Origin: Chrysomallon squamiferum | Taxonomy: Eukaryota; Animalia; Mollusca | DNA length: 64,000 nt | Reading direction: 5' to 3' | Assembly: GCA_012295275.1 (NCBI GenBank) | Contig: CM022671.1 | Span: 34,410,001-34,474,000, forward strand | Part shown: positions 51,777 to 64,000 of the stretch, piece by piece | Layout of the letters: each line of letters starts with the position of its first letter | How positions within the stretch are numbered: position 1 is the stretch's first letter | Notes under the pieces: model-generated | Database searches by the model: none | The model's input: the letters and a program-made list of their open reading frames with translations, nothing else | Told to the model about the DNA's origin: nothing | Translations under genes and position numbers: made by a program

Positions 51777-53195
51777 TAATATATTAAAAATTTCAGAACA
51801 ATGATCACATCCCAATTATTTGGTGTGAAATATTAAAACTACTTAAGAAAAATAACAGGGATGTTTGTATGCCAGTATTCAGTTAGAGTAATTTAAGAAT
51901 TTTATAATATATACACATAAATAATAGGGGTGTTTATAGGCCAGTACTCTTGTTGATATATATAAGTAAACTGATATTATTACTCTGTATTTTAAATAGA
52001 ACTGTTTTAGTATTTTACTAAATAAAATAAAAAATAATAAAAAATAACCATCACAAATCACTGAAAACAAATTAATTTATATGACGAAAATATTCACTGA
52101 AGAAAACAAGAACTTCATAAAATAAATATTAGTCATAAGAAAACTCCATTTCTTTCATTAATTTCGTACAAGATTCTCAATTTGATTGGTGTCTGTAATA
52201 CTTAAAAATGTCATAACTGGAATGAGATTAAACACTTACTTGGAGAACAAACAGAAAGACAATGTGGCTGGCAATGAAGTATTACAGTGTATGTGTTATT
52301 TAAGATATTTTCAGTTCTCTTTAACCATTCAGAGTAAGGATTAGAATCTTGTATTTCGCAGGAGTTTGCTTCTGATTTTTGTTTTTAAAAGGATTTTGGA
52401 ATTTTATATGTTCATGTTACTTTATACATAACTGAATTTAACAATTTAATTATGTATTTAAAAACTGACATTTATTCTGTTAACTGGTGTGAAAATGAAT
52501 GGGATAAATTACTGATCAATGAATACAAATCAAACACAGAAAAATGTAATACATTTTTTTATATATATATTATATATATATAAAAAATATAATAATAAAA
52601 TAAATAAATAAAATGCATAATTAAACTATCATGGTTTATATAGAAATACAAAGCATTCAGATGTATTTGTGATTCATATCACCAAATTAATAATAAAATA
52701 GTTTTTGAACAACCATAAGATTTCTTGTTTAATTTAAAACTGAAATTGTGCTGTAATGTTTCTTAAAACAAATCATGCCAAAAGCATCAACTTTTTGTTG
52801 AAAAGTAAAAATATTTTTTTATTTCTAGACTGAAAATTGTAGCACTTTCTCTTCTGTATTACAACAAATTATAAAATAATAAAGATTTTTGTCTTTCATT
52901 TTAATCTCCTTTTTTTTGTAATTGTTTTTTATATAAATGTAAAACATAGTAACTGTAATTTATTTCCAGTAAAATGTACATATTCTTAGTAAATTAAATG
53001 TTATTTTTAGTTTATTTTGTTCAGTTTATCTGCATATTTTTAAGAAAAGTGAATAGGCAAACTGTTAACATTTTGATAATCAAACTGTTCACTTTCAGAA
53101 TTTCTTTCTACACGAGTATATCAATAGCAGTTATTTATGAATGTGAATTATTCATAAAGATTTTTTTATTATTATTATTATTATTGTTATTGTTA

Positions 53196-53251
<56 letters not shown>

Positions 53252-53607
53252 TTTTTGGGCTGCATTTTAGGGACCGCACAAAATCAGGAAGAAAAAATAA
53301 AAAATCACAAAATTTCTTTTTCTTCTTTTGTAAATATTTCCCAAATCATACTCATATGACAGATTTGTTTTTTAACCTTTAAGCTATATATATATATATA
53401 TACATTACATTAATAAATGACAACAAAAAACAATTTTGTTATAAGCAACATTTATTTTTCATAAAAGAAAGAAAGAAAGAAAGAAGAAAAAATAAAAAGA
53501 ATTACAATATCTCAGTGATACATTTAACACCAAACATACAAATAAATATTTTGTTTTTTTCTCTTAAAAATCATTCTTCAGCTTCTCTGTAATTCTAACA
53601 CCATTTT

Positions 53608-53796
53608 TCACAATACAATAATATGTACATCACCATTTTTTACAGAGAATCCCACAAGTTTAGTATCAAAGCGAGAAGAGGCTTCATTAGTTAAAATGGT
53701 TGGCATTCTATGATCATGAAGTAAACCAATCACTACATCAGTAGATAATATTTCTTTCCAACCAGTATGAAAACTGTAGGAACTATACTTTCCTAG
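53608..53796 (-). CDS. Candidate terminal coding exon of unknown identity (LGKYSSYSFHTGWKEILSTDVVIGLLHDHRMPTILTNEASSRFDTKLVGFSVKNGDVHIIVL*)
   Basis: tctctctacag acceptor, 62 open codons of non-repetitive sequence, and a - strand AATAAA about 150 nt past the stop (53456-53451). No family recognised. Confidence 0.4.
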   Translation of the reverse strand, partial: LGKYSSYSFHTGWKEILSTDVVIGLLHDHRMPTILTNEASSRFDTKLVGFSVKNGDVHIIVL

Positions 53797-54338
53797 CTGT
53801 AGAGAGACTAAACTGACCAAGGATGTTATATATAAAAATATTCATGGGTTGGAGATAAATTAAAAATATGTTACGCATTTATTATTGTTTTTATTATTAT
53901 TATTAATTTATTGCTATTATTTTTTATTATTATTATTATTTTATTGCTATTATTTATTATTTAATTATTATTATTATTATTATTAGTAGTAGTAGTATTA
54001 CTATTAGTATTATGATTAATCAGTTAATTAATCAATTTATTTATTTATTACACTTTTTGTTCATTACGAGTAAGATCCCCTGTATTTCACAAAACAGCAC
54101 ACAAACATACATCCACATTCACTAACAAATTGCATTAATGACAAATGTGCAGGAATATTAGCAAGTAGAGATAAAAATGTAAGTGCACTTTTCTAGGCTA
54201 ATCACATAACAGTTTCTATGCATTTTGTGTTTAAAATGTATAATTGATCATGGTGCAAACAAATAAACTAAACTGTTTTGTATATTTCTAAGTTTTTCAA
54301 AACTATTTGTGTACACACACAGGGGAGAGGGAGAGGGG

Positions 54339-54465
<127 letters not shown>

Positions 54466-55473
54466 AGATTGAGATTGAGATTGAGATTGATTGATTTTTA
54501 AATACTATTAATTGCTAACAGTAAAGTTTGAAATAGTATAACAAGTCCAATTCAGGAGCTCCATTTCATTTCATTTCATTGTATTTTATTATTATTTTTC
54601 ATATGTATTTTTTAAATTCTTGTGTATGTGTGCAGTAGTTATGTCTTTATCTTAATAGAAATAAAAAAAATAAAATACTGAATTAAAAAAAAAATAATAA
54701 TAATTATCCTTAACCTTTTGAAAGTTTGTTACTCAATATTGATAAAACATGTCAAATTATCAGTTTTAAAACTTAATTTATATTATTATCAGTCATCAGC
54801 AGATTAAAGAGTTTAAAATTATTTGTTTGCACCATCAACAATACTTTAATAATGAGCAGCATGTGATATAAATATTTTGAAAATAAACACCATTTATAGT
54901 TATTTAACAAAGTGCATAGACATTATAGATACACAACATCCAGCTAAAATATTTCTATTTGATTTATTGGTACATTTATCAATCTTTTTATAATGAATAA
55001 AGTTAACATACAGTATCATGAGTATGGTTTAATGTGCAACTCAAAACATACATACATACAGACAAAAAATACAAACACACACAGACAGACAGACAATTTC
55101 CTTTTGTGCATGGAAATACCAATAACAGTGTAGAATATTCAGTTAAATCGGTAAATAAGGGTAATTTCGTCTTACATTACTCTTAAAATATTTACATACA
55201 CTACAGATTTACGAAGAAAAACATTAATTACAAGTGAACATCCACAACAAACACATTAATACACATACACACTTATAATTAACAGATTGGAAAAAAATTA
55301 AAAATTAAAATCAATAATAAAATAACATTCAAAGTCAGCTTTTTCCATTATTCAAGAATAATTTTTCTAACTTATCTTTCTCCTCATTTTGTTCTTATTC
55401 TTTCCATATGCCTTTTGTTTTTCATTTCATGAACTCTTTCTATCTACTTATCTACTACATTTCTTACATTTAC

Positions 55474-55537
55474 CAGAAACATTGATACATATGGACACTC
55501 GTAACAGTTTTGTTTTTCTATATTATTCAAATCAGCT
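55474..55537 (-). CDS. Candidate internal exon (ADLNNIEKQNCYECPYVSMFL), phase 2-0
   Basis: Strong acceptor ctcttttttctgttcag; donors CTG|GTAAAT or AAT|GTAAGA; the only open frame is phase-compatible with the 53796 exon. Confidence 0.35.
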
Positions 55538-57949
55538 CTGAACAGAAAAAAGAGAGTAAAAACTGACATTGTAAGAAAATAGTGAGTCTTCAATTCCGAG
55601 TACACAAACCATGTTTGCTGATTCTGCGGAATGTCATGACATCACAGCCAAAATTTACTTAACAAGTTAAAAACTAAATCTTTTAAAAATAAAAATTAAA
55701 AAAATATCAGGATATAAACATTTAGATGTATTTGTTTAAGTATATACATACATACATAAATACAAAAAGATATTAGAGATCTTTAATATGTATATATGTA
55801 TGTATAGATATTAAAGATATTTAATATGTATGTATGTATGTATGTATATGTATGTATGTTTATGTGTTTGTATGTGTGTACGTTTGTTTGTATCTATGTC
55901 AATATGCCTCCTTGTCTGTCTGGCACTGTAGTTTGCTTTGTGACAATTATTAAAATAAACATTAAAGATATAAATAAATTAAATAAATCCTTTTAAGTCC
56001 AAATAAGCAAAAAAAATAAATAAAAATAAAGACATTACTTAACATCAATAAAACAAAAAGATTATGAAAAAAATAATAATAAAAATAATATTTTTAATAA
56101 AACACACACACACTCACTCACTCAAACATCAATAAGCAAAGAAACGGATTATATTTGGCATGTTATTGCATTTTAAATTTATTACAAAGTGAAAATATAA
56201 TAAAATTAAATAAAATTTAAATAAATAAATAAATATTGCTAAACATTAGATTTTAATGAAACCAAAGATCAAACCAAAGGCAAGAGCTAAAGTCTAAACA
56301 AACAAATAAAACAAGTAAAATAAAAAATAATAAAAACAACAAAAATACACATATTTTTAAAATTAAAGTAATCAAATTTATATTTTTAAACAGTAAATAG
56401 ATATGCATTGTATTAGTAATTTTGTATCAACAAAAAATATATTTTTTTTTTATCCATTTACAACTGCATTTTATACAAAGAAAAATATACACACAACTAA
56501 TTAAAAATAAATAAATAAAAATACTTTGCCATTTGTAATTGCATGCACCACTCAAATGCCATTCCATTTAAGAAATATAATTTATAATTCACCTTTAATT
56601 ATAATTTAATATACTTAAGAAATATAATTTTTATTTCACCTTTAACTCTAATTTATTCATGAAATATTTGACATTTGAATGATAATTTGCTATGCTCAAG
56701 GAATATACACATATATATATGTGTGTTTTTAACAATAACATACTTAAGGAATATATTTTACATTTCATGTTTAAATATAATTTAATACATTTTAATTGTT
56801 GGCAGCTGTTGATATTGATGTTTTAATGCAGCTTAGATACATGTTACTGGTTTTAAGTTTAACTAAAAAAATGATTTAATAATTAAACATTAACTTAAAC
56901 ATTTTGAGATCTTACTGCAACCACAGTTGAATAAGGTAATTTTAGAAATCTGTTTCAAGACGCTGTTTATCAAAATTACTTGGACTATTTTAAGTATTGA
57001 CACCTGAACTAAATTTTCTGTTACAGCTTGATATCTGGTGAATCTGTATAAAATAAACATATTAGGATCCATACAAGCTTCCATTTGATACCAATTAAAA
57101 CATGAAATTGTTTGATAGATGTTTGTCAGAGTGTTAAAAAATAAATAAATAAATAAATAAATAAATAAACAAGTTTGTCCATTCTATTCTAAATAAAACA
57201 ATGACATCATTATTAAGCACCTACAAGTATGTATACAGCACATGGCCTGTGTTATTTATTTATTTATTTACTTATTATTATTATTTTATTATTCTTATTT
57301 TTTATTTTAATTTATTTTTTTACTATTTTTATTTTATTTTAATATTAGAAAGAAATTAACTAATCTGTTATATGCTGCTGAAACAAAAGATACTGGACAA
57401 AGTAATTATTAAGAAAACTTACTACTGACTTCAACAAGTATTAAATATTTCACATCCACACTTGGATTGAGAATATTTTGATATCCAACAGGCCATCTAC
57501 TGTATACATATACCGGCATACAATTTGCAAAATGCTTTTCATATATCTGCATACAATTTGCAGATACACTCTACATATACTAGTATACAATTTGCAATGA
57601 ACAATATTCATGTAAAGCATTTGTATTTTTTAATGTACGTTGTCAATCTTAAAAAAAAAAAAAAACCACAAAAAATACAAAAACACCCCAAAATACAACA
57701 AGAGAACAAAAGAATTGCATTGCTGGTGGTATGTGGCAAATTCATTTCTGACTAGTGTTCACTAAAATAATGTAAACAGCAAAACTTCACTGGAAAAATA
57801 AACACAAAATCTAGTACCCTTTTCTTCTTGAGTTGTTATCTTTTAGTCTATAACAAAAAAACCCAGTAAAATGAACATTCTAAAAATAAAAACACAAGAG
57901 ATATCGTACAGTATTTTTTTTGTTCTGTTATCATTTTTTATAAAAAGCT

Positions 57950-58700
57950 TGCTGAATATAACAAATTTCTTTTACCAAGAGTTTCTTTCATAATACAATA
58001 TCTTTCGTATAAAAAAAATTACTGCCATAAAGACCTTCTTTCATAATACTATTTCTTTCAAATACAACAAATTTCTGTTATAAATATTTAGTTTTTTTAT
58101 ACAATTTCTATTTGAAAGAATTTCTTTGATAATACAATTCCTATTGTATACAATAAATTTCTATTATAAAGAGAGCTGGTTACATAACACAGGCTTTGTT
58201 TAAAAGAGTTTGTTTTATTGTATATAGAAAACTTTAACTAGAAGGACTTTTATTATTTTATATAAGAAACTTTTGTTATAAAGGTCTTGTTTCATAATGC
58301 CAATGTTATTGTATACAAGGAATTTGTATTATAAAGAAATTGTTTCATAATACAACTTTATTAAAAATGCCTTGTTTCATAATATCAGTGTTATTGTATA
58401 CCAGGAATTTCTATTATAAAGAACTTGTTTCATAATACAATTTTTATTAAAAATGTTATTTCACAATACCAATGTTATTGTATACAAGGAATTTCTGTTA
58501 TAAAGAACTCATTTCATAATACTTTTATTAAAAATGTCTTGTTTCATAGTACAAATGTTATTGTATACAAGGAATTTCTATTACAAAGAACTTGTTTCAT
58601 ACTACAATTTGTTTTGTACAAGTTTCTGTTACGAAGTGAATAAGTTTCATAATACAATTATTTTAAATGTATACAAGTTTCTGTTACAAAAAGTACTGAA
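57950..58700. repeat. Tandem array with an approximately 84-bp core unit (4 good copies) and degenerate flanks
   Basis: gttattgtatac at about 58305, 58390, 58474 and 58557; recurring tttcataataca and aatttct.ttataaaga. Confidence 0.8.
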
Positions 58701-59228
58701 TACAATAAAGATGAATAAAAAGAGTAATATACCTCTAATTTATTTTCATTTATTCTGTGCTTATTTAACTGTTTTCTAAGTGCTGAAATTTCTTCCAAAG
58801 TTCAGAGTATTCTCAAATCACTGAACAATGAGATCAAGACTCTTACTTTCTGTGAAATACTTTTACACATGCAAGTTTTCTGAATCTACAAAAAGCAAGT
58901 AACTTAACATTTCTTAATTACCAAGTTTCAAGGAACAGGAATGAAGGTAATAAATGTTTTTACTGGGGATTTTTTTTGGTGGTTTTTTTGAAGATTCAGA
59001 AAACAAAAAACTGCAAAACAATAAGGACAATATATGCAAGATAGTTACTTAAAAAGGTTACCAACACTGTATATTTTTTTTATTTTTTTTCTTTTTTAAA
59101 TTCTCTAAGAATAAATCTGATGACATCATATCACCACCCTTATTTCCAGAATGGTAAAAAAGTTGAAATATCGTAGGTTTATTTCTAAAATTATGCTGTC
59201 ATGAACAACACAGGGTGTGTGTGTGTGT

Positions 59229-59297
<69 letters not shown>

Positions 59298-59435
59298 CAT
59301 GTTATCCATGACCCAGTTCACTTGCAAGCTGCTAGAAAAAGTTGAGATATACTAATCTTATCCATTCCCATCTTATCCAAGTTAACATGAACCAAACGGG
59401 GAAGATGACTACTACATCGTTTCAACTGCACACTG

Positions 59436-59526
59436 CTAGGAGCAGCACTGGGGGCAGTAAAAGAACCCCTCCTTCCCCGCCTCTTCTATCCCTCTTGCAA
59501 ACAGCTCAACAAGCTGACAGTGCACT
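59436..59526 (-). CDS. CERK: Ceramide kinase terminal exon B, distal duplicate (RVHCQLVELFARGIEEAGKEGFFYCPQCCS*)
   Basis: ttatttcag acceptor in phase 2; second intact copy of the VHCQL.LFARG.EE motif; TAG stop. Confidence 0.88.
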
Positions 59527-59601
59527 CTGAAATAACCCAGAGATAGTTAGTGAAAACGTTTATAAAATAGTAAAATAATAATAAAAAATATGATAATAAA
59601 A

Positions 59602-59658
<57 letters not shown>

Positions 59659-61428
59659 ATAAAATAATAAAAATAAAAACAGTAATAAAATAAAATAAAT
59701 TAAATAAAAAAATAATAAAAAAATAAAAATAAAAGTAAAAATAAAAATAAAAATAAAATAATAATAAAAGTAAAATAAACTAAATTTAAGCAGTCTTTTA
59801 TCCCAACACCTGTGTTAATGAACAAATATAATTTTTAATAAAATGTGCTCACTGGAACATGTTAGTTAAATGAATGGAAGAAAACCTGAGAGAGAGAGAT
59901 GCTTTTAGTTAAAATCAAGTAGTTTAGTAAGTTAAACCTGAGTTAGTCAAACAATGGCTCTGAAACAAAGAGCTGCATTGTGTTAGTCATTTTAAATCAC
60001 AAAAAAACCCACAGAAAAGATATATACGTTAGTCGTTTGAAAAATAAAATAAAAATCAGTTATTCTGAATCAAAGATCCATTGATTAGATAATTAATTAG
60101 AGAAAACAAAGAGTCTATTTTGAGATAAAATAAATAAAACAGAAAATCAGTTATCAGTTTGTGCATCAAGTGAGATATATTTGTTATTGTTTTTGATTTT
60201 TGTGTTGTTGATTTGTTGATTAATTTCTGCACTTCATTTTTTTGGGGGAGAAGGGGAGGTGGGGGATGATATGTTAACTCTGTAACTTCATCAAACATCT
60301 GACATTCCACTCACAAGAAGTTATATTTCTAAACGACAAAAATGCTGGATTTTTTCATTTTCCTTTTTTTTTTAAATTTCCATTTTGACTGCTCATCAAT
60401 ATTTTGTCTGTTGATTTTTCTCCATTCTCATCTTTTCACATTTTTCCTTAGTTTAAAAATATAACAAAGATTATTAACATGTAGACACACACAAAAAAAA
60501 CAAACACAATTCTCTTCATCTTCAGTCTTTCTTCTTTCCAAGTGATATGTAGTTTTAAAAAATATTTACACAAATAAACCTTGTGAACACAGAAAATTTA
60601 CAATCTTCTTCTTCTTTTTCATTTTCCTCAGTGAAAGATATTAAAGAAAACTTCCCATTTGAAAACAAAACAAAATAAATAAAACTGATGACATCCACCA
60701 TAAGAAAAGATAACTCAGTGTAGAAACACAGGCAGTGAGAGTAAAAACACACAAAAAACACCACATCTTTCAATGTAAGTTAATGTATGTGTCATTGTGT
60801 GACATTACAAATGACTGTCAAATGACTACAAAAATAAAAAGATGTTTTTCAAATTCAATATTTTGAACAGCAGTCTTTTTATAATGTGATCCGATTTTAA
60901 CTTTTATAAAACATGGAGGTCCATGCATTTGTACTGAACAAACAGATCTTCAAATCTTCAGACCTGCTTTTCAGAAGTTGAGACAACTCTCACTCCAAAC
61001 AGAAAACTTCAAATCTGACTGCAAAATGAACACACAATAAATAAAACATGGCTTCCTTCAGATTGGCTTTTTTTTCTTCTCTCAAACTGAAAATTCATTT
61101 CTACTGAAAACTGTCTCTGAAACAAGTCTAATAAATAAATAAATATTAAATAAAACTTTGTTTCTTGATGTGGGAATTTTGTTTTTTTCCTTTCCCTAAA
61201 TCACAAAGATCCATTTTTATTTATTTATACATTTATTTATTTATTTATTTATTATATATATATATTTATTTATTTATTTATATATATATTTTTTTTTTGG
61301 CTATTGTTTTGTTCCTAAATCACAAAGATCCATTTTCATCATTATTATTATTTTTTTTTTTTTTATTTTTTTCTGAATGACAAACAAACACCCAAGTCTA
61401 TCACAGGAGGCTAGTTTTGTTGTAAAAA

Positions 61429-61507
61429 CTAAAAACACTGAGCTTCTGCAAATTTTCCTTCTTCTTCCACTCCACGTGCAAACAGTTGAATGAGCTGACA
61501 GTGAACT
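61429..61507 (-). CDS. CERK: Ceramide kinase terminal exon A, proximal (RVHCQLIQLFARGVEEEGKFAEAQCF*)
   Basis: ctatttcag acceptor in phase 2; matches CERK RVHCQLVRLFARGIEE; TAG stop. Confidence 0.9.
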
Positions 61508-61682
61508 CTGAAATAGTGTAACAAGTTTGTCTAGCAGATAGTTTACACACTTGCATTACGAGCAATTATACACAGTGTAAGTTTTCTGACTAGGTGCAAA
61601 GTGAGATGTATCATAATTGTGACTTAGTGTTGTTATAGGGATAAGATTTTACTGATTGAGTAGCAGTGTTTGTCTGTCTGTC

Positions 61683-61742
<60 letters not shown>

Positions 61743-61851
61743 TGTCTGTGCATGCAGTTTATGTATTAAATGTTATTTGTATAATTTGATTCTATCATAT
61801 ATTCAGGTACTCTTACAGAGGTAGAGAGAGGGAGAGGGAGGGAGAGAGAGA

Positions 61852-61891
<40 letters not shown>

Positions 61892-62472
61892 AAACAGCAG
61901 ATGCAGATGATGTGCAGTATACACATATAAACATCTGTAAATGATGCATTTATGACCTGGTGGGCAGAAAGGTGTGTGAAGATGTCTGTGCTTTGAGGGA
62001 GGTTCTATGTGTCTTTGTACAAAATAGAAAATATGGATATCTATGTGTATTTGTGCCACCATATATACTGTATGTAAGTAAGAAATATAAGTATTTTTAT
62101 AGAATGTGTAACAGAAGGTAGTTTAGTAATAAGATAACAAATGGGCACATGTGTATGAATATCGTGATTTTTAAAGTAAATTTTTCAGTTTTGAATACTG
62201 TTGTGTAATGGACATAGAATGTAATATTAAAACTAAAAAAAGAACTATGTTGTGTAACTTGATAATAACTATTAACAATGTTAGTATAAAATAAATATAA
62301 AAAAATTAAATTTAAAAAAAAGTAATAAAAGAAATGAAAAACAAAAATAAGTAACTTATTTTAATTTACAAAATACCTTTAAAATTGTTAATAAAGAAAA
62401 CAGAATCAAGAGAAAAAAACCATTCCACATTTCAGTTTAGTAATGATAAAAATAAATCATATTTTGATAATG

Positions 62473-62514
<42 letters not shown>

Positions 62515-63403
62515 GTTGTTAATATATCCAGTACCAGTTAATTATATAAATTAATTAAAGAAGTATAACATCAGTCTGTTTTAAACAATATTAACTAACA
62601 AATTATAACCTCCACTGGTTTAACTATTTCCAAGACATAACAAAGAAAAACATTTGTTTTTCATTCCATTTCCATAACATGGCTTATAAATGATAATACA
62701 ATGCTAAAATAATCAATTTAATTTTAAACAGATAGTAGTATGTGTTTATGGGTATTTTTAAAGTTGTATATGAACATGCATTGTGTGTCAATGTATACAT
62801 AAAGTGCACCAACATTAAAACAATATTTCCTTAATAAACATAAAAATGCTAACAACGTTAGATAATGTTAAAGTATTCTAATAAATATTTTGATTACTAA
62901 GCAAGTAAACTTTAAATGAATAAAACAAAACAAAATATAAATCTGTTTAACTTTTCTTTGTCTCTGTTAGGAAAGATAAAAGATTTTATTTTTTTACTTA
63001 TAACAAATATTTTCAAATGCTTCACAAACAGAAAATACATAAACTGATAAATATTTTTTTATTTTTACTTATTCCAATTTTATAAATTTATGATAAGTTT
63101 TTTTTTTTTTTTTTCATTTTAATATCTTATTTGGATTTTTAAAATTTAGTTTCAGTTTTTGTTTTACTTTAGTTTTATTTCATTTTGTTTAATTTAATTC
63201 AATGTATTTTAATTCTTAGTCTATTTCAGATTTCTTTTTTTATAATTTTGTTTTTTGGTATTATTAAATTTTAATTTTAATTTTAATTAATTTTAATTTC
63301 ATTTAATATTTTTTATAAATATATTTAACAATTTTTTTTTTTTTTTTTTTATTTTTTTTTTATTTTTTTTTCATTTTCTTTAAATTCACACTTTTGAACT
63401 AAC

Positions 63404-63579
63404 CTGACGTGTAAATTTGGGAATTCGACAATTTCTCCGTCACAGTTCCACACGCTGTGTTGTGCGCGCAGAGGAATTCTGTGCATTGCGTTTTCATCCA
63501 GATCTCCATAATCTGAATGAGTTGGTGGTTCAAACTTGAACTCCTTCACTCGGTATGTTTGTATAAAGTCAAAATTGAA
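63404..63579 (-). CDS. CERK: Ceramide kinase, penultimate coding exon (FNFDFIQTYRVKEFKF...SVWNCDGEIVEFPNLHV); upstream exons lie beyond the window
   Basis: Acceptor ctgttccag, donor AG|GTTAGT, phase 0-2; matches the CERK motifs FDFTFVEVYRVKKFQF and SSWNCDGEV. Confidence 0.9.
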
Positions 63580-63657
63580 CTGGAACAGGATGAAAACATA
63601 CACAACTATAATAATAACAGCTAAAATAACAACAGCAATAACACTTATAACAACAAC

Positions 63658-63715
<58 letters not shown>

Positions 63716-63795
63716 TAATAATAATAAATAATAATAATAACAATTAATAAATAATTTTGATAATAATAAAAAATAATAATTAATAAATAATTTTG

Positions 63796-63852
<57 letters not shown>

Positions 63853-64000
63853 CAAGAAGCAGAAGAATAACAAAATAAAAATAATAATAACAACAACAGC
63901 TGAACTGCTAACTAATAACACATTACATACAAAAAAGCACAGTTTTTGCAGACTGCATTTGCCGAGACTGGCAAATACTGCTAACTAAATAACTAGTCTC

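Noticed and set aside
57950-58700. CRISPR-like repeat/spacer array
   Set aside because: Eukaryotic context; the units are degenerate tandem copies without unique spacers, and there are no cas genes.

Overview
AT-rich, microsatellite-dense animal genomic DNA; the style suggests a mollusc or other lophotrochozoan (inference). Most ORF-track entries are microsatellite artefacts. (1) The + strand carries a complete seven-PDZ GRIP (glutamate receptor-interacting protein) gene, read by hand as 20 shared exons (31630-47576, all GT-AG). Four candidate alternative first coding exons (11462, 14529, 23890, 29328) all end in phase 1. One begins MPGW with a nearby Cys, like palmitoylated vertebrate GRIP1b. 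The first PDZ3 exon lacks one base (about 38475), either an assembly error or a null allele; repaired, the protein is about 1045 aa. (2) The - strand carries the 3' end of a convergent ceramide kinase (CERK). Its last exon is tandemly duplicated (61507-61429 and 59526-59436), giving two alternative C-termini with different Cys tails (..AQCF* and ..YCPQCCS*). (3) A chain of unexplained - strand exon-like segments (58885 to 53608) lies between the genes. Also present: a sharp CpG-rich to CpG-poor switch at GRIP exon 1a, degenerate tandem arrays in putative UTRs, and tRNA-like SINE remnants. All identifications come from manual translation and recalled family motifs; no searches were run.
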